DNA of 56,495 nucleotides, filler included, from Stramenopiles sp. TOSAG23-6 (lineage: Eukaryota): assembly GCA_900128565.1 (NCBI GenBank). It is 4 parts of 4 records of this genome, joined end to end, with 100 filler letters (N's around TTAATTAATTAA, not from the genome) between each part and the next. Parts side by side here need not be neighbours in the genome. Positions count along the whole stretch, not along the records: positions 28,365 to 42,419 come from LT636150.1; positions 42,520 to 56,495 come from LT636151.1; 2 more parts are not named here. The stretch is one strand, 5' to 3'. The position numbers and the translations under genes are program-made. The notes under the pieces are model-generated. The model saw nothing but the letters and a program-made list of their open reading frames with translations. It had not been told where the DNA came from and did not search any database. Below, piece by piece: positions 33,101-44,491 of this stretch. The first letter of the stretch is position 1. Each line of letters begins with the position of its first letter.

Positions 33101-34471
33101 GTACTTGGCTTGCGAAGTGAATATTTCCGTGAGCTTCTCTCAAAAGAACGAACAACACGACATGTCGAGCTTTTATTACCTGAAATATCATATACTGCTG
33201 CTACTTTAATGATACATTACTTGTATGCGGATAATGTTCCCGCAAGTAGTTTGAAACCGGGGTCGGCATTAGCACAGGAGTTAAGAGCTGTCGCGACAAA
33301 GTTTGGTTTGTCCAGATTACAACAGATTTGCGAATCTGCAATGGTAAAGGGTCAAATAATGGGTATGGATAAATCACCAACGAAAGTAATGCGAAGTATG
33401 CGAATGCGCTTGAGATCAACACTTGCAGATGATATGAGTTTGGCTGTTGGAAATCCAGCGTTTTCTGATGTGCGCATAGTTTCTGCTAAAAGTGGTAAAA
33501 GTGGAAGGGGCATACCGGCACATAGATTATTACTAATGGCTCGAAGTGCATATTTCCAAGCTATGTTTAACCAGATTGGTTATAATACTGGAGAACCAGA
33601 TCCTGAAACTGGTGTGTTACCTTTAGTAGAAGTACAATTACCTGACCATCCACCTGTTCTCATTGCAATTTTGAGATGGATATATTGTCGTAGATTAGAT
33701 TTGAAAGCACTATTATATGGAAGTAAAAAGAAGTCACAAAGTTCTGCATCAAATAGTTTACTTGTAGATCTTCTTCAAGCAGCACAACGATATGAATTAT
33801 TAGATATGGCTGAATATATCGCTAGCGAATGTGAGGGAGTACTGAATGATGCGTTGGGTGGATCTAATAAGAATATAGTCAGTAATGCGGCACAAGATTG
33901 TATACTTACACTCAAAGTATCAAATGCAATGAGAAACAGTTGTTTAGCTCAAGCAGTGCTTCATTGTATATCGTATAATTTACACATACTAATGCCTACT
34001 CCATCACAACAACAGAAAAACAAAANAAATGAAGATATCGTTCAAAGTTTTGGTAAATCTTTACGTGAAAATTCGACACTGTGTGACAAATTATTAACGT
34101 ACCTAAAACAATGCGAAAGGCGCCGATTCGTCCTCAAAGCTGCCGAGGAACGGCGATTGAGTCAACCTAATGATGTGGAATTTGAGTCAGAGCCATTTCC
34201 ATGGATAATCTTCTTAGCTGTACTAACGGTACTTACCATTTTAGTAACTACCTCTTTAGCTATGCCACAAGATTCTGGTTATAGAGAACTAATTCCTCTT
34301 TTTAATGTCATTGGCGCAATTGTTATTGTAGTTGCATCTTTCCTCAATATCGGAGGTTTAACGGATGGTTTGACAAGTGGCACTATAGATAAAGCCTCTA
34401 ATAATTTGGATAGACTAAAGCACCCGGCTGATGCTGATAGTAATAATAAGAATGTAAGTAATAATCTCTAA
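30114..34471 (+). CDS. RCC1-repeat plus two BTB/POZ domains with two C-terminal transmembrane helices; exons 30114-30674 and 30776-34471
   Basis: RCC1 blades (VYTWGSGSEGALGHG, LYSWGRGSSGQLG); BTB IYAHRLVLGLRSEYF and IPAHRLLLMARSAYFQAMF; two hydrophobic segments near the end. Confidence 0.82.
30675..30775 (+). mobile_element. Degenerate introner-like intron, GT...AT
   Basis: at|GTACGTTTTTTCTCATCATGAA...tttttacaataAAT|atc; in frame PYIH|ITQD; core eroded; first AG (+10) out of frame. Confidence 0.6.
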
Positions 34472-34625
34472 AATAATGATAGTACTTTTACTTTCATGTT
34501 TAAAAAGAATAAACTTTTATCAGAAGTATCAAAATTTTATCAAAAATATCTTTATCAAGCGTATTTCCCTCAAAGAAAATTTGTAACAACTAGAAAAATA
34601 CATTTATTCTAAATATGTGAACATT

Positions 34626-37160
34626 TCAAATGGATATAACAGGATACATTGCACTTTGAACTCTCCTCAAAACAGACTTTATTGTTGTAGATAGTTCTGG
34701 ATCTCCAGTAACAGCTTTATTTCGTTCATCAATTTCAGCTCGTCGTCCATCAACATTCACAACAATTAGTCTAGTTTTGCTATTCACTTCAACAGCTTCA
34801 CGACCAAACTGAGATCTTAATAGATTCTTTATCATATTAAATTCATCATCATCACCAGCAGTAGATGCCTCGCTACCTACACTAGTATTATTTTTCAATT
34901 TTGGCGAGTCGCTACTTAACGATGAAACTCGTTTTTTTCCACTCGTTTTTTTATCTGTTGAAGGCGCAACTTGTGACTTTACGTTCATTTCAGTTGCCAT
35001 TCGAAGACCAGCTACAGAACTCTGTGCAAGCATAGCCATCGATACAATTGAATCCGCGACCATATCAGCCACAGGACCACTATTCCATTCTAATGTTATT
35101 CGTCTCAATTTTCCATACCATGTGACAGTCACAGTATCACATACACGATACGATTGAATGTCACCATCAATCTGACCTCTTTGTCGCTCTTCACTAGCTG
35201 CTTTTGCTGCTTTAAATGCCGCTGTTGTTGTTTTTGTAGCATTCTCGGCATCACTCTTACTAGCATTAGATTTTTTTTTACCCTTTACATTTTTTTTCTT
35301 ACTATCGTCACTACTCTTTTCATCCAATGGATCCAATGGAATTATATTACCGGCAGTATCAAATTCACGAGGATTAAGTGGAGTTTTTACTTCATCAATA
35401 GCTTCAAACATTCTCTCTAATAACATAATAAGACTATCCAAACTATGATAAAAAGTGACATGTTGACGCTGTCGCACCATGCCAATACTTAATTCAGTAT
35501 GTGAACATATATCTTCGGCATCTAGTAACTGTAATTTAAAATCTCTTGATACGAGAAAACCACCAACTCGTTGAGGTGCTGATGTTACAGTCATTGTATC
35601 ACTATTTTTAGTACTATTTAGTAGAGTATTATGGAAATGTTTGGCACGTTTAGCTAAAGACCCAACAGCAGTTGCAAGACGAGATCGATCAAAATGCATC
35701 GAAATTTTACCAGGAGTTCCGTTCTGAGGGTTATGTACATTAAATGTCCCTTCTTTAATTTGTTGCTTATACATTCTTGCGAACTTATTTTTAAGACGAG
35801 ACATTACATTTGGATCTCCATGAACTAAAATAACATGTCTAGGTTTCAATTTCTCCACAAAATCTTTCGTTTCTAGAAAATCTGCATGAGCGGAGAATGA
35901 AACGACATCAATAGAGCATTTGCGCTGTAGGATTTGACCACTCAACGCTGTAATTTCTTTAGGTTCATCGATAAGCTTATGTGCCAATGTACCTTGAGTA
36001 TTATACCCTGCAAGTACAACACCATTGCGTTCATTTGATGCCCATCTTTCTAATAATTGGCGGGAGATTCCTGACTGAAGCATACCAGGACTAGCCATTA
36101 CAACACAAGCACCAACATCTTCAAACTCATTTAAACTTTTTAAATTAGAAATGTGCTGAAATGCAAAAGGATTACCATGCATATCTGCACGACGACGAAT
36201 ACGGTTGTTCATCATATTTGTATACGTTTCATACACTCTGAGAGCTTTATTTGCAAGTTTTGAGGCGTAATATATTGGAATACTTTGTAAATTTGGATTT
36301 GCTTCCCAGTACTCATCAAGAATCAAACATAACTCTTGTGCTCGACCCAATGCCCAAATTGGCATTAAACAACGTCCCTTGCGACGCACAATACGTTCGA
36401 CAATTTCTAAAAGGCGTTTCTCACGCTCAGGTTGTTTCTCATGAACTTGGATTCCATATGTCGATTCTACTATTAAAACTTCTGGAGAAAAGTCTGGAAT
36501 TTCAGCCGCCTTTAAATGTCGATCTTCGCCTCTGGAATAATCACCAGTATATAATACACGAATACCTGCAATTTCTACAGCAAACATTGCGGCACCAAGT
36601 ACATGTCCAGCTTGATATGCCCAGAAACGAATTCCAGCGACTTCACACTCCTGGTGAAAGTCTAATAATTCAACTTTTGCCATACAGCTTTCGAGATCTT
36701 TATCATTATATAGTAAATCATTATCACCAATCTGAGACACTTTCATGTAATCCGAAAGCATTACTTTCATTACAGCTTTCGTAGGATGTGTCATAAATAC
36801 ACGACCCTTAAACGTCGTTTTTTCAGTAAAGTAGGGCAAGCTTGCAGCATGATCGACGTGGAAGTGCGTCAGTAACAAAACGTCAACAGAAGCAGGATCA
36901 ATTTCATCAAAAAATGGAAGTGCACCTTGGCCATGGTAACCAGGATGTATACCACAGTCAAATAATATTTGTTTACCCTTGTATTTAAGCAAATGGCAAC
37001 TGCGTCCAACTTCTCTGCCTGAACCTAAAGGCATCATCAACATCTCTGTGTCAAACTCGTCTACCAATGACTGATCCAAAGTTCGCTTAGTAGCACCAGT
37101 TCTCCCAAGATTTACAGCATTTTGGAGCGTAGGTGCATTTTCCAACCCACTGATGCCCAT
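34626..37160 (-). CDS. CPSF3: Cleavage and polyadenylation specificity factor subunit 3 (CPSF73/Ysh1), intronless
   Basis: PLGSGREVGRSC, THFHVDH, AGHVLGAAMF, YTGDYSR, ESTYG, ALGRAQEL, MASPGMLQSG, SFSAHAD, LVHG; C-terminal LEWNSGPVADMVADS. Confidence 0.96.
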   Translation of the reverse strand: MGISGLENAPTLQNAVNLGRTGATKRTLDQSLVDEFDTEMLMMPLGSGREVGRSCHLLKYKGKQILFDCGIHPGYHGQGALPFFDEIDPASVDVLLLTHFHVDHAASLPYFTEKTTFKGRVFMTHPTKAVMKVMLSDYMKVSQIGDNDLLYNDKDLESCMAKVELLDFHQECEVAGIRFWAYQAGHVLGAAMFAVEIAGIRVLYTGDYSRGEDRHLKAAEIPDFSPEVLIVESTYGIQVHEKQPEREKRLLEIVERIVRRKGRCLMPIWALGRAQELCLILDEYWEANPNLQSIPIYYASKLANKALRVYETYTNMMNNRIRRRADMHGNPFAFQHISNLKSLNEFEDVGACVVMASPGMLQSGISRQLLERWASNERNGVVLAGYNTQGTLAHKLIDEPKEITALSGQILQRKCSIDVVSFSAHADFLETKDFVEKLKPRHVILVHGDPNVMSRLKNKFARMYKQQIKEGTFNVHNPQNGTPGKISMHFDRSRLATAVGSLAKRAKHFHNTLLNSTKNSDTMTVTSAPQRVGGFLVSRDFKLQLLDAEDICSHTELSIGMVRQRQHVTFYHSLDSLIMLLERMFEAIDEVKTPLNPREFDTAGNIIPLDPLDEKSSDDSKKKNVKGKKKSNASKSDAENATKTTTAAFKAAKAASEERQRGQIDGDIQSYRVCDTVTVTWYGKLRRITLEWNSGPVADMVADSIVSMAMLAQSSVAGLRMATEMNVKSQVAPSTDKKTSGKKRVSSLSSDSPKLKNNTSVGSEASTAGDDDEFNMIKNLLRSQFGREAVEVNSKTRLIVVNVDGRRAEIDERNKAVTGDPELSTTIKSVLRRVQSAMYPVISI

Positions 37161-37502
37161 TATATTTACAGTGCAAAATCTGCACTTCAATACTTTTGGA
37201 GAGGCTGTAAGCTGTGTGTGAGTGTTTCGCGCATGGCGGTAAGGTCCTTCGGTCACTCACGCGTCAATTATTACTAATCGTAATATTCCATTTATTTTTT
37301 GATTGATCCTTGATTTTTTATTTCGTGTTTTTTGTTGCTGTCATGACTTTGTGACTTTCGTTCGTACTTCGTAGCTAATGAAAGTGAAACTATTACCTTT
37401 TCCTATCTAGCTAGGACTATAGTAGGTAAAAATAGTAAGTAGCTGCAATGCTGCACTTACAATAATACTACTAATACAATTAGAATGATAATATGCCAAT
37501 AA

Positions 37503-38034
37503 TCAGTAATTCTTTAAATACAGCAAAGTGATACGCAGAACGAGACGCATAGTGATACNNNNNNNNNNNNNNNNNNNNNNNNNNNNNNNNNNNNNNNNNN
37601 NNNNNNNNNNNNNNNNNNNNNNNNNNNNNNNNNNNNNNNNNNNNNNNNNNNNNNNNNNNNNNNNNNNNNNNCAGTAATTCTTTAAATACAGCAAAGTGAT
37701 ACGCAGAACGAGACGCATAGTGATACGCAGAGTAAAACGTATAGTGAGACGCAGAGCGACACGCCATGGGCGATACGCATAGCGAGACACAGACCGATAT
37801 ACAGAGCGAGACACATAGCGATACGTAGAGCGAGACACATGCCACTAAACAGTAATTCTTTAAATACAGCAAAGTGATACGCAGAACGAGACGCATAGTG
37901 ATACGCAGAGTAAAACGTATAGTGAGACGCAGAGCGACACGCCATGGGCGATACGCATAGCGAGACACAGACCGATACACAGAGCGAGGTACATAGCGAT
38001 ACATAGAGCGAGACACATACCAATAATCAGTAAT
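37503..38034. repeat. Tandem repeat, 178-bp unit built from degenerate 12-bp subunits
   Basis: cagtaat-initiated units at 37672, 37850 and 38028 (178 apart), a partial unit before the N gap, and subunits like atagcgagacac / agagcgagacac. Confidence 0.9.
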
Positions 38035-38990
38035 ACTTCAGATTCAGAGTGATACACAAAATGTACTGCAAAATACATAGTTATATGCACAGTGGGATTC
38101 ATTGTATAGGCACCAACCCTTAGAACTGGATTGGACAAGTTGTGAAATAGAAACCTCTGTTCATTGTATAGGCACCAACCCTTACAACTGGAAATACTCT
38201 ATCCATCATTTTTTTTTTCTCTTTTTTTTTTTTCGTAGATAATTTCGTACCTAAGTATTTTTTTTCTTCTTTTGGGCATCAGCCTTTACAATTGGACTAT
38301 CATAGGATCGCTATATTTTCCAGACAATTATACCCTAGTACACATCACTTTACAGTAGATACAGACCAAATGGACAAATGCTACTTCCTACACTTCTGCA
38401 CCAACTCTTTATTTATAATGGATCAGCTATGTGAATAGGGGCGGCTGAGGAAGGTAGGTCGGATTGTGTGAACCTCAGCTACAACCCTTTTTTTTTGAAT
38501 GTTGTCTATCAGTACAGGAATGACAATTTTACTCTTATGACTTGAATGTTATCTATCTCTTCAGATATGTCATTTGCAGTTCTTACTAATCGTGGGTATG
38601 ATACTGCAGCATGTGCCAATACATGGGCCAATTCAGTTTCATCACCTATATTTGCGATTTTGTAATTTATGATTATTGGCAATCAGTGGTGTTTCCATTA
38701 TTATATAGTCTGTAGTTTCATCTTTTTAAGATGTGATTATGGACATAAATATATTCCCTGGATTTACTTCTGATCTTTTTTTTTTTTCGTGAAAGGGGGA
38801 GTAACGAGATAGCTGTTTTTTGGCCATATTTCGTGTTTCGCAATGGACAAGGACCTCGCGCGGATTGACTCTTTTGTTTTCTTTTCATGTAATAAACTAT
38901 TTTTCCAGTATAACCATTTTAGTTGTTGCACTGTGATGACATACAACGAGAATTATTGTATATAAGAAATTCATTTACAATATTCAAACT

Positions 38991-39961
38991 ATGGTACTTG
39001 ATTTTGCAAGGTTGCGAAAGGAAATGAAAATGCAAAGGAAAAAAAAAGTTGAAGTCAAGCAGACTTCAACTCTTCTAGATGACTCCCTGACTTTCAATTT
39101 GGCATCACGCCGCCTTACAATTCCTGGCTGTAAGTATGAAGTATTTTATATACCAAACTTTTTGAATGAAAAAGAGAGTCAATTGGTAGACGCTGGAATT
39201 TTTGAATGCTCTGGTGTGTGGTCGACTCTATCCAATCGAGAACTTCTCAATTTGGGTGGTATTCCACATCCAAGTGGGATGATGGCAGATGAACTCCCTA
39301 ATTTCACAAAAGTCATTTGTGATCGTCTTGTCTCTTCAGGTATATTCCCAAGCAATTTATACCCAAACCAAATTCTTGTAAATAAATATACACCTGAGGG
39401 AGGAATTGCTCCACATCAAGATGGACCATTGTACTATCCTCAAGCTGCTGTTCTTTCTCTACGAAGTGCTTCTGTAATTCATTTTTGGACTTTACCAAAT
39501 GATAAATTTAAAAAAAATGGTTTTGAAGTTGTCGCAGACAAAGATCCTTTATTTTCTGTAGTATTAGAACCGCGTAGTCTATTAGTATTTAGCAAAGAAG
39601 CATATAGTAATCTTCTTCATGGAATTTATCCCGGAAATTCTCCTATTGTTGTAAACCCCAAAACATGTACGTTCATCATATTTTTTATTTTTTTTTCGTA
39701 CGAAAATTTGTACCTAACAAATTGTAACGTTTTTTTTGAAATATTTTTCGTAATACATGTAACTTGAAAGAACTTTACTGCAATCAACAAAAAATAAATA
39801 TATCTATTGGCGATGAAATAAAACGAAACAATAGAGTTAGTTTGACTTTTCGTACTGTCAAATTTGTAAAAAAAGAATCGAATGATTTTTTATCAGATGA
39901 AGAAAAATTTGAAAAAAAAAGGAGATGGAATTGGTGGTTAAGTTCAATTTCAGAAGACTAA
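38991..39961 (+). CDS. ALKBH6: AlkB-family 2OG-Fe(II) dioxygenase, ALKBH6-like; exons 38991-39666 and 39759-39961
   Basis: YIPNFL, NRELLNLGG, PNQILVNKY, PHQDGPLYYP (HxD), LEPRSLL, LHGI; terminal RVSLTFR lies in exon 2. Confidence 0.85.
39667..39758 (+). mobile_element. Introner-like intron, GT...AT
   Basis: at|GTACGTTCATC...ttcgtacgaaaatttgtacctaac...cgtaataCAT|gt; brings RVSLTFR into frame; the first downstream AG (+12) creates TAA. Confidence 0.87.
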
Positions 39962-40379
39962 ATCTAAATAATATACGCCGTTATTTTTGTTGTTCCTCAT
40001 ATTTTACATTTATTTTTAATTCCCGGTTCATCGTGGTTCATATCGATCAGAATTTGTATTTTATTATTATAATGTAAAATTTAATCTTGAGATTTACAAG
40101 TTAATTACCAAGAGAAATTTCAAATTTGGAAACTTTGACTCTTTGAGATTTGATTGCGATTGGGCTTTAATTTCGATTTCCGGATTTCCGGATTTCGATG
40201 ATTTCGATGAGTCAAAATTGATGGCCATCGAAGACTCATCTGAGTCAAAGCCACGAAAGTTCACACGACCGCGACGACCACATTCCACACACTTCCTTTT
40301 TTAAGAAAAGTAGATTTCTTGCTAGCCAGGGAAGAAAAGTTGTCAAAGTCCATTGATACCCGTGCATATAGCCTGACGT

Positions 40380-42360
40380 ATGCCTAGAGAGTGTATCATG
40401 AGTTCTGGATTTGATCTTTTATCGAGTCTACAGGACAGACTCGCTCAAAAGAAGCTAGAACGCCATTCCATTGAAGAAATGGCAAAAACTTTAGATCTTC
40501 AGGTAAGCGGTGCTTTGAAAAGAGTCCCACCTCGACCGCGATTATCAATGAACGAAATTGATCAAAAAATTTCGGAATTAGATTGGAAACGTTCTACTTC
40601 AAGCCAAAGTCTTCAAGAAGAAAAACAGCTGTTGCGTCGTATCAAGGAGCTCAATCAAAACAAACGCGAACATGCCGAAGTGGCCAAGTTTCAATACATG
40701 GTTGATGAACTCAGAGCAAAATCCAAACAAGCCCGAGCTAAACTTCCAATAATGAATATTGCTATTAAAGAACTTCAGGATGCACTTCGTCGATTTGAAG
40801 TCTCACGCAAAATTTTAGCTTCTACCGGAGAAACTGTGAGGCCGTCAGATCTCCATGAGGTTTCAGTTGATATTCCTCCTTCTCAAATGAATACTCTTCA
40901 AGGACGTGAGGGTGAAAATGTCCAAAATATTGAAAACAAATATCATGTTGTACTTGATGTAGATTTTCGTCGATATAAAGTGAATATTTTAGGTTCTGAG
41001 ACTTCTGTAGCTGCAGCTCTAATTGAAGTAGATAAAATTGCCAAAGCAATCGTTCTAAAAGTAAAACTCATGCCTGTAGCTTTAAATATACTCAATTGTC
41101 AAAATCTTCATCATATAAGAGCAATAGAAGAGAAATTTGGTATTATGTGTGAACTAAATAAAATCAAAAGTTTTCTACTAATGTATGGACTCAGAGAAGT
41201 TTGTGAGGAAGCAAAAAAAGAAGTTGATATTATAACTTCTGGCATGGTTAGATTACCCATTGAGAAAAAAATTATATCAAGTATAATCGGAAAAGGAGGT
41301 TCAACTATCTCTGAGCTTCAACGCAAACATATCGTCAATATTAAAATTTTATCAGTGGATGAGAAAACAGGTTTGAATAAAGCCAGTGGTACTAATAAAA
41401 TTTGTCAAATTTCAGGGTCTCCCGAGTCTGTCAAATCTTGTGAGGTTGATATTCATAATATTATCAATGAAAACAAAAGAATAACAGAAATAAAGCCAAT
41501 TTCAACAAATGTTAGTAGTGCAGTTATCGGAAAGAAAGGAAATGTTATTCGTGAAATTGAACGAAAATCAAGATGTAGAGTCAATATTGAAAATGTTAAC
41601 TTTCGAGCTATCAATAAACCAAAAACTGTAAATATCACATTTAATGGAACGCGAACTCAAATTGCAGCTGCGCGTGTTTTGGTTGAAGAAGCAATTAGTA
41701 AATGGCATCGGGAAAATTGTCTTGTGGAGTTGACGATAAACCAAAGATTAGCATTATCAAGATCCCAAACTTTGCTAAAATCCATTCGAAAAGAAGTAAC
41801 TAAATCTGTACAAATTGAATTACTACGTAATGAAAATGTTCTTCGCATATCAGGTGAAGAAACAAATGTAGAAGCTGCGTTTGCAACTACAAAAAACATT
41901 CTTGACAAGGTATGTAGTAAATCTATTACATTTCATTCAAATGTCATTCCAGCAGTTATTGGTAAAAAAGGTGCAAAAATCAAAGAAATTGAGACTACTT
42001 CAGGTGTTCATGTAAAGATTGATCGCGGAAGTGATTGTGTTGAAATTATTGGAAGTGTCGAATCTGTTCAAAAGGCCGAAGGAATACTTCTTGAAATAAA
42101 AAGACAAAATAGTATTGTAGATATTCCTATACAATCAAATATTATTGGGGAGCTTGTTGGAAAAGGTGGAAGTGCAGCAAAAGCATTTGAAAAAGAGTTT
42201 AATGTTCGATTTGATGTTCAACGAAAAAATACAGAACCTACAGCAATGCTCACACTACGCGGTGAGGAAGAGAAAGTAATTATCGCAAAGAAAGCAATTG
42301 AAAAAAAATTGGACATGTGGGAAAAAGAACATTTTGTTTTAAAATTATTTCCAAGTGCAT
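40380..42360 (+). CDS. Multi-KH-domain RNA-binding protein with N-terminal coiled coil, 3'-partial
   Basis: GxxG loops IIGKGGSTI, VIGKKGNVI, VIGKKGAKI, LVGKGGSAA; ends at element donor 42361 followed by a gap. Confidence 0.85.
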
Positions 42361-42419
42361 GTATGTTTTATTTTTTTTTCAATTTCAAATTTATTTTTCG
42401 TACGAAATTTTGTACCTAA
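42361..42419 (+). mobile_element. 5' half of introner-like intron, truncated by gap
   Basis: at|GTATGTTTTA...ttcgtacgaaattttgtacctaa then N. Confidence 0.8.
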
Positions 42420-42573
42420 NNNNNNNNNNNNNNNNNNNNNNNNNNNNNNNNNNNNNNNNNNNNTTAATTAATTAANNNNNNNNNNNNNNNNNNNNNNNNN
42501 NNNNNNNNNNNNNNNNNNNTTTGTACCTAACAATTTTTTTTAGATTTTTTTGAAATATTTTTCCAAAATACAT

Positions 42574-42935
42574 GGGCAACCAAACTGCTCTTGAGCAAGA
42601 AATGCTGCTGGAAGCGGATATTAATAAAGATGTATGTTTTAGTTTTTTTTTAAACAAAAAAATCGAGTTTTTTTTTCGTACGAAAATTTGTACCTAACAA
42701 ATTTTAGTTTTTTTTTTTGAAATATTTTTCCAAAGTACAGGGCGTTCTTTCAAAAGAGGAGAAATTGAATTTTGTTAAGAAAAAGAGTAAGAGCATTGGA
42801 AGACGAAAAAAACGAAAGAAGAAATCAAAAAAAGACTTGTCCTTTGATTTTGATGATACAAGTAAAATGGTACTTTTAGGGGTTGGAGTAGCTACTGTTG
42901 CAATAGGTGTATTTTTTTATATGAAGAGACGGTGA
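42574..42935 (+). CDS. C-terminal exons of a tail-anchored protein (42574-42631, 42741-42935)
   Basis: Follows an AT acceptor at 42573; GNQTALEQEMLLEADINKD|GVLSKEE...MVLLGVGVATVAIGVFFYMKRR. Confidence 0.6.
42632..42740 (+). mobile_element. Introner-like intron, GT...AG variant
   Basis: at|GTATGTTTTAG...ttcgtacgaaaatttgtacctaac...ttccaaagtaCAG|ggc; phase 0. Confidence 0.85.
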
Positions 42936-43114
42936 GAAATCCACAACAAAAGTCTTCTAGAAACACGAAATCCACAATTTTAGCAGTTACTTGCAATTGC
43001 TGTAAGACTTTTGATTTTGACTTGTGACAATAAAATAAACAAAAAATAAGCGTCTACTACTTTTAAGTCTTTTATAGTTCATTATTTCAGGAACACTATA
43101 GTAGCACTATAATT

Positions 43115-43909
43115 ATGTCCCATCACCATCAATCTGGCTATGGCTCTCAAAATACCGGAAATTCATTAGGTAGTCGAAGTTGTATACGTCAAAGTAGAAC
43201 GTTTCGTCGTCTCGAATCGGGCAACGCAATGAAAGGTTTACTTGGACATGCTAACTTATCTTGGGATGAGAATAGAAAAGAAGGGGCATATTCTGGACAG
43301 GCTTTATATGACGCTGATAGAGGTATCAATGGGATGGACATTGGATTTGACAGAGGAGTGAATAAAAGACGACAAAATCAGTCACTTCACAATAAAAAAA
43401 AATCACAACAATGGAAAAAAGCTCCAATAGTCAGTGGTTTAGCACGAAAGAGATGGGAGGAAGAACAGATGGGGAAAGCAACTATATCTCTAGATATGGG
43501 AGGTGAATGTAAACATTCCGACATCCATTCAAGCATAGAAGTGAGGTCATTTGTTCCAAATAGTAAAAGTAATCTTTCAAATGCAAAAAACACGAAAAAC
43601 AAAAAAAACAAAATAGTGAAAGGTAAAGGACGTAGCGACGGAACTTTTGGTATTCATTCATTTGAAAACGGTGTTCAGTCTGCACCACCTAAAACACTCC
43701 TGGTAAAATGTGCAGATGAGACAAATAATATAATATCAAAGACTAATACTCAATCAATACCAATGAACCCTAACCCTAACCCTAATAAAAAAAAAATAGA
43801 AAAACCAGAACAAAGTCAAGTTACAACTGTTACACGAAATACACGAGTATCAAGAAATGGCAGTAGCAGATGGAGAACTTCAAATTCTACTTATGGTAAC
43901 CATATCTAG
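43115..43909 (+). CDS. Hypothetical basic low-complexity protein
   Basis: 264-aa ATG ORF; no domain recognised. Confidence 0.6.
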   Translation: MSHHHQSGYGSQNTGNSLGSRSCIRQSRTFRRLESGNAMKGLLGHANLSWDENRKEGAYSGQALYDADRGINGMDIGFDRGVNKRRQNQSLHNKKKSQQWKKAPIVSGLARKRWEEEQMGKATISLDMGGECKHSDIHSSIEVRSFVPNSKSNLSNAKNTKNKKNKIVKGKGRSDGTFGIHSFENGVQSAPPKTLLVKCADETNNIISKTNTQSIPMNPNPNPNKKKIEKPEQSQVTTVTRNTRVSRNGSSRWRTSNSTYGNHI

Positions 43910-44491
43910 AATTATATCAAGTATCAGGTAGCTGTGTAATCTAGTGTAATAGAACATTAGGGTTAGGGATACTTTGTTGACGTTTTTCAAATGTTTTTTT
44001 CGTACGAAATTTTGTACCTAACAATTTTTCAATAAAAGACACTATAACTATAGCAGTATTTACATTAAAAAATGATCTTTTGAATTTTTTTTTACATATA
44101 CAATATAATAAACATATTGTGTAATCTCGACAAGTAGTAGTAGACGCGACGCAAGCCACTAGTTAGCATTATTTTCGACTTACTATTTAGCAATCTCGAA
44201 AATTCTGAAAAGTATAAACCTGATAACTTCATTTTCAAATTTTCGAAATTTCGACTGGCGCTGGCTATAGCTAGGGTTAGGGTTAAATAAATATCCTTGG
44301 CGGCTAAACACAGACAGAGAGAGCGCAGCTGCATCTGGAGCGGTAATTACCAAAAGCAGCTGCGGGTGAGCGGTCCAAGTTCTTCTACCAACTCTGTAAT
44401 TAGATTAATGGTACTATAATTTAAAATTTCCATCGCAAATTACGTGAAGAGTTTGATCTTGTAAAGTGTAAATAAAAATCACTCAGAATTA

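Noticed and set aside
37480-38138. Overlapping ORFs in the tandem repeat, or a CRISPR array
   Set aside because: ORFs arise from stop-poor periodic sequence. Units repeat in full with no unique spacers, there are no cas genes, and the context is eukaryotic.
39667-39759. TG acceptor (…TACATG|)
   Set aside because: With the GT donor this shifts the frame by one, and G does not follow in copies ending at 30775, 45395, 50582, 50825 and 55734.
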